Source of the DNA: Helicobacter cetorum
GTDB taxonomy: Bacteria > Campylobacterota > Campylobacteria > Campylobacterales > BB28
Direction: 5' to 3'
Length of the DNA stretch: 64,000 nt
NCBI GenBank assembly: GCA_022729755.1
Contig: DZAZ01000001.1
Span: 1,823 to 65,822 of the forward strand
Shown here one piece after another: positions 10,071 through 19,042 of this stretch (position 1 is its first letter; the number at the start of each line of letters is the position of its first letter). Both the position numbers and the translations under genes were made by a program. Below the pieces are notes generated by a model. The model saw only the letters and a program-made list of their open reading frames with translations. It was not told where the DNA came from and did not search any database.

Positions 10071-11447
10071 TTGAGTAGTACAATTTTAGGCATCGATATA
10101 GGCTCTACTAAAATTTGTGCCATAATAGCTGAAGAGAGAGACGGGGATTTATTTGTAATTGGGGCTGGGATTGCAAAATCACAAGGTCTTAAAAGAGGTG
10201 TTGTAACTAATATAGAATTGACTTCTAAAGCTATAAAAAATGCAGTAAATGATGCAAAAAGAGTTGCAGGAACAAACTATTCAAAAGCTGTGATTTCTAT
10301 CTCTGGAGTTTACACAAAAGGGCTTAATAGCTCCGGAATTGTAAATATTCCAAATAGTGAAATTACAATTAAAGAGATACATCGAGTAATGAATACTGCT
10401 ATTTATAATGCAAATATTTTAAATGAGTATGAAATACTTCACGTGTTGCCTTATAATTTTAAATTAGATGACCAAAACTACATTGATGACCCTCTTGGAA
10501 TGAACGGGAATAGATTAGAAGCATTTGTTCATATTATTACTGCACAAAAAACAAATTTAAATAACTTAAAAAAAGCTGTAAGTGGAGCTGGGATTGAAAT
10601 TGAAAATATAGTTTTAGCGGGATATGCTTCAAGTATATCAACTATAAAAAATGATGAAAAAGAGCTTGGAGTAGCTGTTATTGATATTGGTGGGGCAACT
10701 TGTAATTTGGTGATACACTCTTTAAATTCTGTTAAATATAGCGATTTCTTAGGTGTTGGCTCATATAATATTACAAATGATATCTCTTATGCATTTCATA
10801 CTCCAATTTCAGTAGCTGAAAAAATAAAAGTTGAATACGGCACTTTATTATCAACTCTGGAAGATGAAGAAAAAATTTTAGAATTGCCTGTTATTGGGGA
10901 TGAACACTCAAGTAAAGAGGTTTATTTTAGTGATATTCAAAATATCATTAGAGCAAGAGTTGAGGAAACTTTAATTATTTTAGCTAAAAAAATTGAAGAG
11001 AGTGGTGAGCAATTAGGTGCTGGTGTAGTATTAACTGGGGGTATGACAAAATTAAAAGGAATAAAAGAATTAGCCTCTAGTGTATTTGGTGATATTCCTG
11101 TAAAAATATCAAGACCAAAGGAGATAAATGGTGTATTTAACTCTTTAAAGGACCCTGCTTATTCAACAGTTGTTGGCCTTATTTTATATGGGCTTGGTAA
11201 ATCAACTCCATATGAAATAGACTCATCAAAAACATTGAATTTCAAAATAAATAAAATAGATAATATAAATTTAGATACTTATCAAGAGATGAAAAACACT
11301 AGAGAAGAGTTAGAAAAAATGGATGATGGTGCAGCTCCAGCTGTTACAATGAGTACAAGGCACGATTTAGCTACAATAACAGAGAATCAAAATCAAAAAG
11401 GTAACAAAGTTAGCAAATTTTGGCAGTGGATAACTCACCTTTTTTAA
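10071..11447 (+). CDS. ftsA: Cell division protein FtsA
   Basis: TTG start. Actin-like ATPase motifs GIDIGSTKICAII and VIDIGGATCNLV, located immediately upstream of ftsZ. Confidence 0.92.
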   Translation: MSSTILGIDIGSTKICAIIAEERDGDLFVIGAGIAKSQGLKRGVVTNIELTSKAIKNAVNDAKRVAGTNYSKAVISISGVYTKGLNSSGIVNIPNSEITIKEIHRVMNTAIYNANILNEYEILHVLPYNFKLDDQNYIDDPLGMNGNRLEAFVHIITAQKTNLNNLKKAVSGAGIEIENIVLAGYASSISTIKNDEKELGVAVIDIGGATCNLVIHSLNSVKYSDFLGVGSYNITNDISYAFHTPISVAEKIKVEYGTLLSTLEDEEKILELPVIGDEHSSKEVYFSDIQNIIRARVEETLIILAKKIEESGEQLGAGVVLTGGMTKLKGIKELASSVFGDIPVKISRPKEINGVFNSLKDPAYSTVVGLILYGLGKSTPYEIDSSKTLNFKINKIDNINLDTYQEMKNTREELEKMDDGAAPAVTMSTRHDLATITENQNQKGNKVSKFWQWITHLF

Positions 11448-11474
11448 AAAGGTTAAAGAGGAGAGAGAATTAAG

Positions 11475-12689
11475 ATGGCTGATATTTTTAAAATAGAAGA
11501 AGTTCAACATATCGATGGTTTAACGGGTGCAAAAATTAAAGTAGTTGGTGTTGGTGGCGGTGGCGGAAATATGGTAAATCATATGATTCGACACGGAATA
11601 GAAGATGATTCTATTGATTTAATCACTGTAAATACAGATTTACAAGCATTAGGTTCATCTTTAGCACATACTAGAATTCAATTAGGACCTAAACTTACAA
11701 AAGGCTTAGGTGCTGGAATGAGACCTGAAATAGGCAGAGATTCAGCGCTTGAAAGTTTTGATTTATTAAAAGAAAAACTTGAAGGTTCTGACATTGTTTT
11801 TATTGCTGCTGGACTTGGTGGTGGAACTGGAACTGGAGCAGCTCCAATTGTGGCTCAAGCTGCAAAAGAGATAGGTGCATTGACGGTTGCGGTGGTTACA
11901 AAGCCATTTAAATTTGAAGGTAGAAAAAGAGTTAAATTAGCAGAAGATGGTTTAGAAGAGTTGAAAGCTGAAAGTGATTCTATTGTTGTAATTCCAAATG
12001 ATAAATTATTAACTATAATAGAGCAAAAACTGGGCTTAAAAGAGAGTTTTATGCTTGTAGATGATATTTTATCAAGAGCAGTAACAGGAATGAGTTCGAT
12101 AATTCTTAACCACGGGCAATCTGATATAAATGTAGATTTTGCTGATGTTAAAACTATTATGGGGCATAAAGGTTTGGCATTAATGGGTGTTGGCGAAAGT
12201 CAAGGGGCAAAAGCAGCAACTGAAGCACTTCAAACAGCAATCGAATCTCCACTTTTTGATAATATGAGTATAGTGGGTGCAATGGGTGTTTTAGTTCATT
12301 TTTATATTCATCCAAATTATCCGTTACAAGATATTTCTGAAGCAATGGAGCATATAGAAAATAATGTAGATGAAGATGCTCAAGTTATTTTTGGAACTAC
12401 AACAGATGATAAAATAGAGCAAAATACAGTAAAAGTTACAATTGTTGCAACAGGATTTGAAAAAGATTTAAATGAAAATTCACAAAAAGAGACTTCAAAA
12501 GCATTTTCAAAAGAAAAATCAACACTTAATTCAAAAGTAAAACCTACACCAACTCAAGCTCCTAAAAAGGAGGTGGTAGAACAACCTAAAGCAGAGCCTC
12601 AAATTAATAGAATGAAAATAACAATTCCAAATAATGAAGATGATTTAGAGTTACCTAGTTATTTAAGATTAAAACAAGGTAGAAATTAA
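11475..12689 (+). CDS. ftsZ: Cell division GTPase FtsZ
   Basis: Contains [13 protein letters not shown] and the tubulin signature [15 protein letters not shown]. Confidence 0.97.
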   Translation: MADIFKIEEVQHIDGLTGAKIKVVGVGGGGGNMVNHMIRHGIEDDSIDLITVNTDLQALGSSLAHTRIQLGPKLTKGLGAGMRPEIGRDSALESFDLLKEKLEGSDIVFIAAGLGGGTGTGAAPIVAQAAKEIGALTVAVVTKPFKFEGRKRVKLAEDGLEELKAESDSIVVIPNDKLLTIIEQKLGLKESFMLVDDILSRAVTGMSSIILNHGQSDINVDFADVKTIMGHKGLALMGVGESQGAKAATEALQTAIESPLFDNMSIVGAMGVLVHFYIHPNYPLQDISEAMEHIENNVDEDAQVIFGTTTDDKIEQNTVKVTIVATGFEKDLNENSQKETSKAFSKEKSTLNSKVKPTPTQAPKKEVVEQPKAEPQINRMKITIPNNEDDLELPSYLRLKQGRN

Positions 12690-12722
12690 TTTTTTTTCTA
12701 TCCTAGTAGATAATAAAAAAAT

Positions 12723-12738
12723 TGGCATACTTTTTGCT
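12723..12738 (+). promoter_or_regulatory. Sigma54 (RpoN) -24/-12 promoter element
   Basis: TTGGCATACTTTTTGCT matches TGGCAC-N5-TTGCW with the canonical GG-N10-GC spacing. It lies 30 nt upstream of the ATG at 12768. Confidence 0.55.
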
Positions 12739-12767
12739 ACTTTTATGAAAAACATAAAGGAGTAGCA

Positions 12768-12977
12768 ATGGTAGTTGGTGGTTATTTTATTCCTACACCT
12801 TATAAAAATCAAAATTTAAACTTATCAAACTCAAATATGAATAGTGAGTTGGATAAAAATCAACTTAGAGTAAGTATACAACAACAAATTAATCAAAGAA
12901 TTGAAGATAAAAAAGAAATTCAAGCCGATATTAGTAATTTAACAAATATCGGTCGAATTTTAAATATAAGAGTTTAA
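12768..12977 (+). CDS. Small hypothetical protein (69 aa, Asn/Gln-rich)
   Basis: AAAGGAG Shine-Dalgarno 7 nt upstream. The stop overlaps the tlyA start (TAATG). I recognise no family. Confidence 0.5.
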   Translation: MVVGGYFIPTPYKNQNLNLSNSNMNSELDKNQLRVSIQQQINQRIEDKKEIQADISNLTNIGRILNIRV

Positions 12978-13690
12978 TGAGATTAGATATTTTTTTAGTC
13001 AACAATAATTTTGTTGATAGCCGAAATAAAGCCCAAGAGTTAATAAAAGCTGATAAAGTAAAAGTAAATTCTAAAATTATCAATAAGCCATCTTTTGATA
13101 TTAATGATGAGATAGTGGAAGTTAATTTAAATGAATTTTATGTAAGTCGTGCAAGTTTGAAACTTAAAAATTTTTTAGATGAGTTGAATTTAAATATTAA
13201 AGATAAGATTTGCCTTGATATTGGCTCAAGTACGGGTGGATTTGTTGAGATTTTGCTAGAATATGGTGCAAAAGAAGTTTTTGCAGTTGATGTTGGAAAT
13301 GAGCAACTTCACCAAAAATTGCGAAATAATGAGCAAGTAAAAGTTTATGAAAATACCGATATTCGGGATTTTTCTACGACTAACAAATTTAGTATCATTA
13401 CTTGCGATATCTCTTTTATCAGCTTAAATCACATTTTACAATCAATCAATAAGTTAGCAAGTGATAAAATAATACTTCTTTTTAAGCCTCAATTTGAAGT
13501 TGGAATTAATGTCAAAAGAGATAAAAACGGTGTTGTAAAAGATGAAGTAGCGATACAAAAAGCAACTATGGAATTTTTAAAAGAGGTTTATAAATTTAAT
13601 TGGGTATTGCTTAAGCAAAGTTTATCAAAACTAAAAGGTAAAAGCGGGAATGTTGAAGAGTTTTTCTTGTTTGAAAAAGGTGAAAAATGA
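12977..13690 (+). CDS. tlyA: 16S/23S rRNA (cytidine-2'-O)-methyltransferase TlyA
   Basis: 237 aa with an S4-like N-terminus and FtsJ-type SAM motif LDIGSSTGGF. The last ~4 codons derive from the inserted cassette. Confidence 0.9.
   Translation: MRLDIFLVNNNFVDSRNKAQELIKADKVKVNSKIINKPSFDINDEIVEVNLNEFYVSRASLKLKNFLDELNLNIKDKICLDIGSSTGGFVEILLEYGAKEVFAVDVGNEQLHQKLRNNEQVKVYENTDIRDFSTTNKFSIITCDISFISLNHILQSINKLASDKIILLFKPQFEVGINVKRDKNGVVKDEVAIQKATMEFLKEVYKFNWVLLKQSLSKLKGKSGNVEEFFLFEKGEK
13627..13677 (+). repeat. Left copy of a 51-bp direct repeat (tlyA 3' end)
   Basis: aaaactaaaaggtaaaagCgggaatgttgaagagtttttcTtGtttgaaaa matches 15690-15740 at 48/51 positions by hand alignment. Confidence 0.9.
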
Positions 13691-15087
13691 AAATAAAAAT
13701 TGAAAATTTTGGAATTATAAAAGAGTTCAATTTTGATAGTGATAAAGATTTAACTATGATTTTTGGACAAAATAATAGTGGAAAGTCCTATGCAATTTCT
13801 GTTGCTTATTTAATAATTAAATATTTAATTTCTGAAAATACGAACATGCGACTGTTCTATTTCATAGAAAAAGAATTATTGAATAGTATAGAAAAAATAG
13901 ATAAAAATAAAATTGAAACTGATATTAAAAGTTATTTAGAAATTGCTCTATCATCTATTTTTCAAAAAACTTTTATTGATGAAATAGAAAAAGCTTTTAA
14001 TTCAACTTTTGATTCGATAGAAAATTTGCAAAATCAATTATCAAATAATAAAATTAAAATTACTTTGGAGTTTAATTTAATTTCACTTGAAATTATAGAA
14101 GAAAAAAAACATTTAAAAGTTCATAATTTTCAAATTATGAAAAAAAATATTATTGCAAAAAAATCAAAAATAAATAAAAAATTTAGAGAAAAAGATAAAA
14201 ATATAATTTTATATTTTTGTTCTAAAGAGGATTCATTTAATAGTGTAGTTTTAGATTTTATTATTTATTTATTTACAGAATCATTAGAAGAAATAAAAGA
14301 AGAAATTATAGATATTCACTACTTACCAGCTTCAAGGTCAGGACTTTATCAGGCATTAAGTGCTTTTGGGCAAATTATTGCTGAACTCTCTAAAAATAGA
14401 CATTTGATTCGCTCTTCAATAGAATTGCCTAGTATTTCAGAACCATTAAGTGATTATTATTTATCTATCTCTTCCATAAAATCAAAAAAAATTGAAGATA
14501 ATTTTTGTAATAAAATAGCTTCAAAAATAGAAGAGACTCTTTTAAATGGAAAAGTTAGCTTTGATGAAAAAATTAAAAAAGTTGTATTTGAACCAAATAA
14601 TACAAATTTAAAATTAGATTTAGGTTATACATCTTCTATGGTTTCAGAAATTTCTCCTATTGTTGCATATTTAAGATATGTAATAAATAATAATTTGAAA
14701 TATAGATACAGTAGAAGATTTAAAAGAAAAGAGTATAAAAATTCAAAAACAATTATTTTTATAGAAGAGCCAGAAGCACATCTACACCCAAAGATTCAAA
14801 TAAAACTTATGGAAATTTTTGCAGAACTTGTTAGTGATAATATTAAAATAGTTATAACAACACATAGCGATTATATGTTTAATAAATTTAATAATTTAAT
14901 CATAGATAAAAAAATAGATAGAGATAAAACACTCTCGATTCAATTTAAAGAGAGTAGCGAGGGAAGTGTTGCAACAGAGTCTCTTTTAGATGAATTTGGT
15001 GCAGAAGATGAAAATTTTATTGAAGCATCAGAAGAGTTATATAATGAAAAGTTAGAATTAATTGAAAAATTAAATAGTGAAAATTAA
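13687..15087 (+). CDS. ABC/AAA_21-type (RecF/SMC-like) ATPase, cassette gene 1
   Basis: 466 aa with Walker A GQNNSGKS near the N-terminus and a long helical insert. Signature-like LGYTSSMVSEISP, Walker B IIFIEEPEAHLHP and H-loop ITTHSD follow. The ATG overlaps the tlyA stop (ATGA). Confidence 0.75.
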   Translation: MKIKIENFGIIKEFNFDSDKDLTMIFGQNNSGKSYAISVAYLIIKYLISENTNMRLFYFIEKELLNSIEKIDKNKIETDIKSYLEIALSSIFQKTFIDEIEKAFNSTFDSIENLQNQLSNNKIKITLEFNLISLEIIEEKKHLKVHNFQIMKKNIIAKKSKINKKFREKDKNIILYFCSKEDSFNSVVLDFIIYLFTESLEEIKEEIIDIHYLPASRSGLYQALSAFGQIIAELSKNRHLIRSSIELPSISEPLSDYYLSISSIKSKKIEDNFCNKIASKIEETLLNGKVSFDEKIKKVVFEPNNTNLKLDLGYTSSMVSEISPIVAYLRYVINNNLKYRYSRRFKRKEYKNSKTIIFIEEPEAHLHPKIQIKLMEIFAELVSDNIKIVITTHSDYMFNKFNNLIIDKKIDRDKTLSIQFKESSEGSVATESLLDEFGAEDENFIEASEELYNEKLELIEKLNSEN

Positions 15088-15656
15088 TGTTTAGAGAAAT
15101 TTATAATAATAAAGAGCTTATTTCTATAAAAATGAATTATTGTAATGAGAATAATATTGAGGTTTGCTTAAGTGAAGAGTTGGAAGAAAGTGAAGATAAA
15201 TTAATTATTTTAAAAATAGATGAATTTTACTCTACTAAAAATATGCTTACTCCTCCAAAATCAATAGATTGTTTAATAATTTTAAAATGCGATAGTAATA
15301 GTTGTTATAACTTCTATTTGATTGAGTTAAAAGATATTAAACGCTCTAAAGGCTTTAGTGCAAAGGATATAAGAGATAAATTTGAAACTACTTTTGAAGA
15401 TTTTATGCAAAATAGATTTAAAGATATTTTTTTAAATGAAGAGTATTGCATTAATAACTTAAAGTGCTATTTTATATCTGACCCATATTGCTATAAAAAG
15501 AGAGATTTAAATTTAACAAGAGAAGAGTTTTTAAAAAAGACTCATACAAAAGCTTTAAATACAAAATTTTTAAATTCATTTAAACCATTTAAATTTAGAG
15601 ATAAAACTTATACAATAACCAATGAAATGCCAAATCCAACAATTAATGAATGTTAA
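15087..15656 (+). CDS. Small hypothetical protein with a PD-(D/E)xK-like motif, cassette gene 2
   Basis: 189 aa. KSIDCLIILKC...YNFYLIELKDIK gives a D-x18-ExK arrangement. It is translationally coupled to the ATPase (TAATG). Confidence 0.4.
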   Translation: MFREIYNNKELISIKMNYCNENNIEVCLSEELEESEDKLIILKIDEFYSTKNMLTPPKSIDCLIILKCDSNSCYNFYLIELKDIKRSKGFSAKDIRDKFETTFEDFMQNRFKDIFLNEEYCINNLKCYFISDPYCYKKRDLNLTREEFLKKTHTKALNTKFLNSFKPFKFRDKTYTITNEMPNPTINEC

Positions 15657-15689
15657 ATAAGTTCCTTAATGTTAAAATATGCAAAAGTA

Positions 15690-15740
15690 AAAACTAAAAG
15701 GTAAAAGTGGGAATGTTGAAGAGTTTTTCCTCTTTGAAAA
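15690..15740 (+). repeat. Right copy of the 51-bp direct repeat (contains the ribF start)
   Basis: aaaactaaaaggtaaaagTgggaatgttgaagagtttttcCtCtttgaaaa. Confidence 0.9.
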
Positions 15741-16552
15741 GAGAGAGTGTTAGTGAGTTAGCGATTGGAAGTTTTGATGGAATGCACTTAGCTCATCAAA
15801 AATTAATTGAAAAGTTAAGTGAAAATGGTGCAATTTTATTTATTGAGCATAATCGTGGGAATTTAACTCCAAATGAATATAGATGTAAAGTAATCGATAG
15901 AGCTTGTTTTTCGTATGATTTAAATGACATAAAAAATTTAAGTGGTGAAGAGTTTTTAAAAAAATTAAAAAGTAATTTTATAAATTTAAAAAAAATTATA
16001 GTTGGATATGATTTTGGATTTGGAAAAAATCGCAATCACGATGTGAATGATTTAAAAAAAATGTTTAATGGTGAAGTTGAAATTATAAGTGAAATAAAAA
16101 TCGATAATATCTCAATTCACTCTTCAACGATAAGAGAAATTTTATTAAAAGGCGATATAAAACTTGCTAATAAACTTTTAAATAGAAATTATAAAATAGT
16201 TGGAAATAAAATTAAAGGGCAAGGAATTGGCAAAAAAGAGTTAGTTCCTACGATTAATTTACAAGTGAAGAAGTTTTTACTCCCAAAAAGTGGAATTTAT
16301 GCTACAAAAACAAAAATGAATAATGAAATTTTTAATTCAGTTACTTTTATTGGTCATCGAATTTCAACCGATAACACTTTTGCAGTTGAAACTCATATAA
16401 TAGATGAAAATATCGAGTTTAATGAGGGAGAAGTTGAAATAATATTTTTAGATTTTATTAGAGAAAATCAAAAATTTAATTCAATTCAAGAGTTAAAAGA
16501 GCAAATCAAAAAAGATATTTTAAAAACAAAAGATATTTTAAAGTTATATTAA
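15713..16552 (+). CDS. ribF: Bifunctional riboflavin kinase / FMN adenylyltransferase
   Basis: AIGSFDGMHLAHQKL nucleotidyltransferase motif plus a C-terminal riboflavin kinase domain. I prefer the ATG at 15713; the ORF track uses the GTG at 15707. Confidence 0.9.
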   Translation: MLKSFSSLKRESVSELAIGSFDGMHLAHQKLIEKLSENGAILFIEHNRGNLTPNEYRCKVIDRACFSYDLNDIKNLSGEEFLKKLKSNFINLKKIIVGYDFGFGKNRNHDVNDLKKMFNGEVEIISEIKIDNISIHSSTIREILLKGDIKLANKLLNRNYKIVGNKIKGQGIGKKELVPTINLQVKKFLLPKSGIYATKTKMNNEIFNSVTFIGHRISTDNTFAVETHIIDENIEFNEGEVEIIFLDFIRENQKFNSIQELKEQIKKDILKTKDILKLY

Positions 16553-16563
16553 AAGGAAAATTG

Positions 16564-16821
16564 ATGGAAGGTTTAGAGTATGGAAGTGGCTACAGTGTTA
16601 GCACTGGTGCCTATGTTTTCGCAACTTTAGCACTTATTTATGTGGCTTATATTGGTTTTAAAATTTCAAGAGGTGAAATGAGTTTTAGAGGTGATAGTGT
16701 AAAAATGAGTGAAGAAGATAGAGCTAGAGTAAATTCTCAATATAAGTTTTTTATAATTTTAGGTGTGATTTTTGCTAGTTTAATGGTCTTTCTTTATTTA
16801 TCAAAAAAAGGTATTTTATAA
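16564..16821 (+). CDS. Small membrane protein (two predicted TM helices)
   Basis: 85-86 aa with two hydrophobic stretches (AYVFATLALIYVAYIGF and FFIILGVIFASLMVFLYL). Confidence 0.5.
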   Translation: MEGLEYGSGYSVSTGAYVFATLALIYVAYIGFKISRGEMSFRGDSVKMSEEDRARVNSQYKFFIILGVIFASLMVFLYLSKKGIL

Positions 16822-16823
16822 AT

Positions 16824-17729
16824 TTATGCTCCAATACTGTCTTTTTTCCGTATTTTTCTTACACCGTTTTCAACAAAATCCATAATTTTTCCAGCTACAT
16901 CTATTTTTGTAGTTTTTTCTATTCCCTCCAAACCTGGACAAGAATTCACTTCCATAATAAGTGGACCTCTATTTGATTGGATTAAATCAACTCCTGCAAC
17001 ATCAAGTCCCATTACTTTTGCTGAATGTATAGCTATTTTTTTTTCAGCTTTTGTTAATTTAATAGTTGTTGCTTCGCCTCCACTGTGAAGATTTGAGCGA
17101 AAATCATCTTCAGCTCCTTGTCTTTTTATAGATGCTACAACTTCATTTCCAACGACAAATACCCTAACATCAGCACCTCCTGCTTCTACAATAAATTCTT
17201 GCACTAAAAAATTTACATTAAGCCCATAAAAAGCCTCTAGTACGGATTTAGCAGCTTTTTTTGTTTCAGCTAAAACTACCCCTTTACCTTGAGTTCCCTC
17301 TAATATTTTTAAAATAATCGGAGTTCCTCCAACTTGTTTTATTACATCATTTACATCGCAAAGATTAGATGCAAAGACAGTTTTGGGAATTCCTATGTTA
17401 TGTTTTGAGAGTATTTGAAGACTTCGCAATTTATCTCTTGAACGATTTATCGCCAAAGAAGTGTTTAAGCTAAAAACTCCAGCCATTTCAAATTGTCTAA
17501 CAATTGCCGTTCCAAAAAAAGTTCTTGAAGCTCCAATTCTAGGGATTATCGCATCTACATTTTCGATTTTTTTACCATTGTATAAAATTATTGGCAAATT
17601 CCGCTCAATTGAAGCACTACATTTTAAAAAATCTACAATTTCGATTTCAAAGCCTTTTTTTAAACCCGCCTCTTGTAATCTCTTTGTAGAGTAGAGTTTT
17701 TCATCTCTTGATAAAATTACAACTTTCAA
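16824..17729 (-). CDS. rimK: Ribosomal protein S6--L-glutamate ligase (ATP-grasp)
   Basis: 301 aa; the N-terminus MKVVILSRDEKLYSTKRLQEA and IILKILEGTQGKGVVL are typical of RimK. Confidence 0.88.
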   Translation of the reverse strand: MKVVILSRDEKLYSTKRLQEAGLKKGFEIEIVDFLKCSASIERNLPIILYNGKKIENVDAIIPRIGASRTFFGTAIVRQFEMAGVFSLNTSLAINRSRDKLRSLQILSKHNIGIPKTVFASNLCDVNDVIKQVGGTPIILKILEGTQGKGVVLAETKKAAKSVLEAFYGLNVNFLVQEFIVEAGGADVRVFVVGNEVVASIKRQGAEDDFRSNLHSGGEATTIKLTKAEKKIAIHSAKVMGLDVAGVDLIQSNRGPLIMEVNSCPGLEGIEKTTKIDVAGKIMDFVENGVRKIRKKDSIGA

Positions 17730-17743
17730 TTAAAAGCCTTTTA

Positions 17744-18274
17744 TCAACTCTGTTTTGGGCGAAAAGCTTTAATTACATCTTCATTTGTCTCAATATAAGC
17801 CCCCTCAATCAAATCTATACAATATGGAACTGCTGGAAAAACGGCATCTAAACACTCCCTAATAGATTTTGGTTTTCCAGGAAGATTTATAATAAGTGAA
17901 TTTCCCCTAATTCCCGCACTTTGTCTCGATAAAATCGCCGTTGGCACATATTTTAAACTTACACTTCGCATAAGTTCACCAAATCCATCAAGCATTTTTT
18001 CACAAACCGCTTCAGTAGCTTCTGGAGTTACATCTCTTTTTGCTGGACCAGTTCCACCCGTTGTGACGATAAGTGAGCAATTTTGCTTATCTGCTAATTC
18101 AATCAATGTCTCTTCAATAACTTTTTGTTCATCTGGAATACATCTATAAACTTCGCTAAAAGGTGTCTTTAAATACTCTTTTAAAGTTTGAATAATCGCC
18201 ATTCCTGAAATATCTTCATAAATTCCAGCACTTGCTCTGTCTGAAGTTGTAATAATACCGATTTTTAATTCCAA
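17744..18274 (-). CDS. mog: Molybdopterin adenylyltransferase MogA
   Basis: 176 aa with IGIITTSDRAS and VTTGGTGPAKRDVTPEAT. Confidence 0.88.
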   Translation of the reverse strand: MELKIGIITTSDRASAGIYEDISGMAIIQTLKEYLKTPFSEVYRCIPDEQKVIEETLIELADKQNCSLIVTTGGTGPAKRDVTPEATEAVCEKMLDGFGELMRSVSLKYVPTAILSRQSAGIRGNSLIINLPGKPKSIRECLDAVFPAVPYCIDLIEGAYIETNEDVIKAFRPKQS

Positions 18275-18289
18275 AATTTTTTCCTTTTT

Positions 18290-19042
18290 TTATTGATTGT
18301 TATTGATATTTTCAAAAAACTTTAATTTAGCTTTATATTCATTTTTCATTTTATCATCAAAATAGACAACTTTTATTCTTGATGGTTTAGATTCTAATAG
18401 TTCAAAAGATGAAACATTTGTAAAATCAAATCTAGCTTTATCAGGATTTTTACCTGCACTTAAAACTCTACTTTTATAATGAGTTTCTAACTCACCATTT
18501 GGCATAGAAATTATATTTATATTTAAAATATTTAAATTTTCTCTCTCATATAAAATTGTAATAAAATAACTTAAGCAAATCTTCTCTTTTGAAGAGTGTT
18601 TGTTATAAAAAGTTGGCAAAGCTGGTTCATAAAATCTTTTTGGTTCAAAAGATTCTCCATTTGCTTTTTTTATTTCCGAACGATAACTATTTTGATTTGT
18701 GCCAACAAAAATATTTTTAGTAAAATCTCCAATATTATCTGTTTGGACTGTTTTTAAATCAATATGAATAAAAGCATCATTTACTTCAAAAAACATATCA
18801 GCTCCAACAGGACAAGAGTTTGGCTGACCAATTGCTTTACCATTAAAAAGTGAATAGATAATTCGCTCCGCTCCAACTGCAAAATCTGAAATTTTTGAAT
18901 CATATTTTCCAATCCAATCATCTTTTATCTCTTCTTTTGTAGCAAAACCAAACATCATTTCATCTTCTACAAATTTCATAAAATGATAAAATTTATTTAA
19001 ATATTTTAGTTCTATCTCTTCAATCTCTTTAAAACTCATCAT
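18290..19042 (-). CDS. Putative type II restriction endonuclease (PD-(D/E)xK)
   Basis: 250 aa with a D...DxK core (PVGADMFFEVNDAFIHIDLKT). It overlaps the upstream m5C methyltransferase gene by 14 nt. Confidence 0.6.
   Translation of the reverse strand: MMSFKEIEEIELKYLNKFYHFMKFVEDEMMFGFATKEEIKDDWIGKYDSKISDFAVGAERIIYSLFNGKAIGQPNSCPVGADMFFEVNDAFIHIDLKTVQTDNIGDFTKNIFVGTNQNSYRSEIKKANGESFEPKRFYEPALPTFYNKHSSKEKICLSYFITILYERENLNILNINIISMPNGELETHYKSRVLSAGKNPDKARFDFTNVSSFELLESKPSRIKVVYFDDKMKNEYKAKLKFFENINNNQ

Larger units (their letters stand above)
13678..15740 (+). mobile_element. 2,063-bp inserted two-gene cassette (one repeat unit plus insert) between tlyA and ribF. No integrase or transposase is present.
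   Basis: The direct repeats are offset by exactly 2063 bp. The right repeat retains a ghost tlyA C-terminus in frame (..EEFFLFEKREC*, TAG 15751-15753) overlapping the ribF start. Confidence 0.6.
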
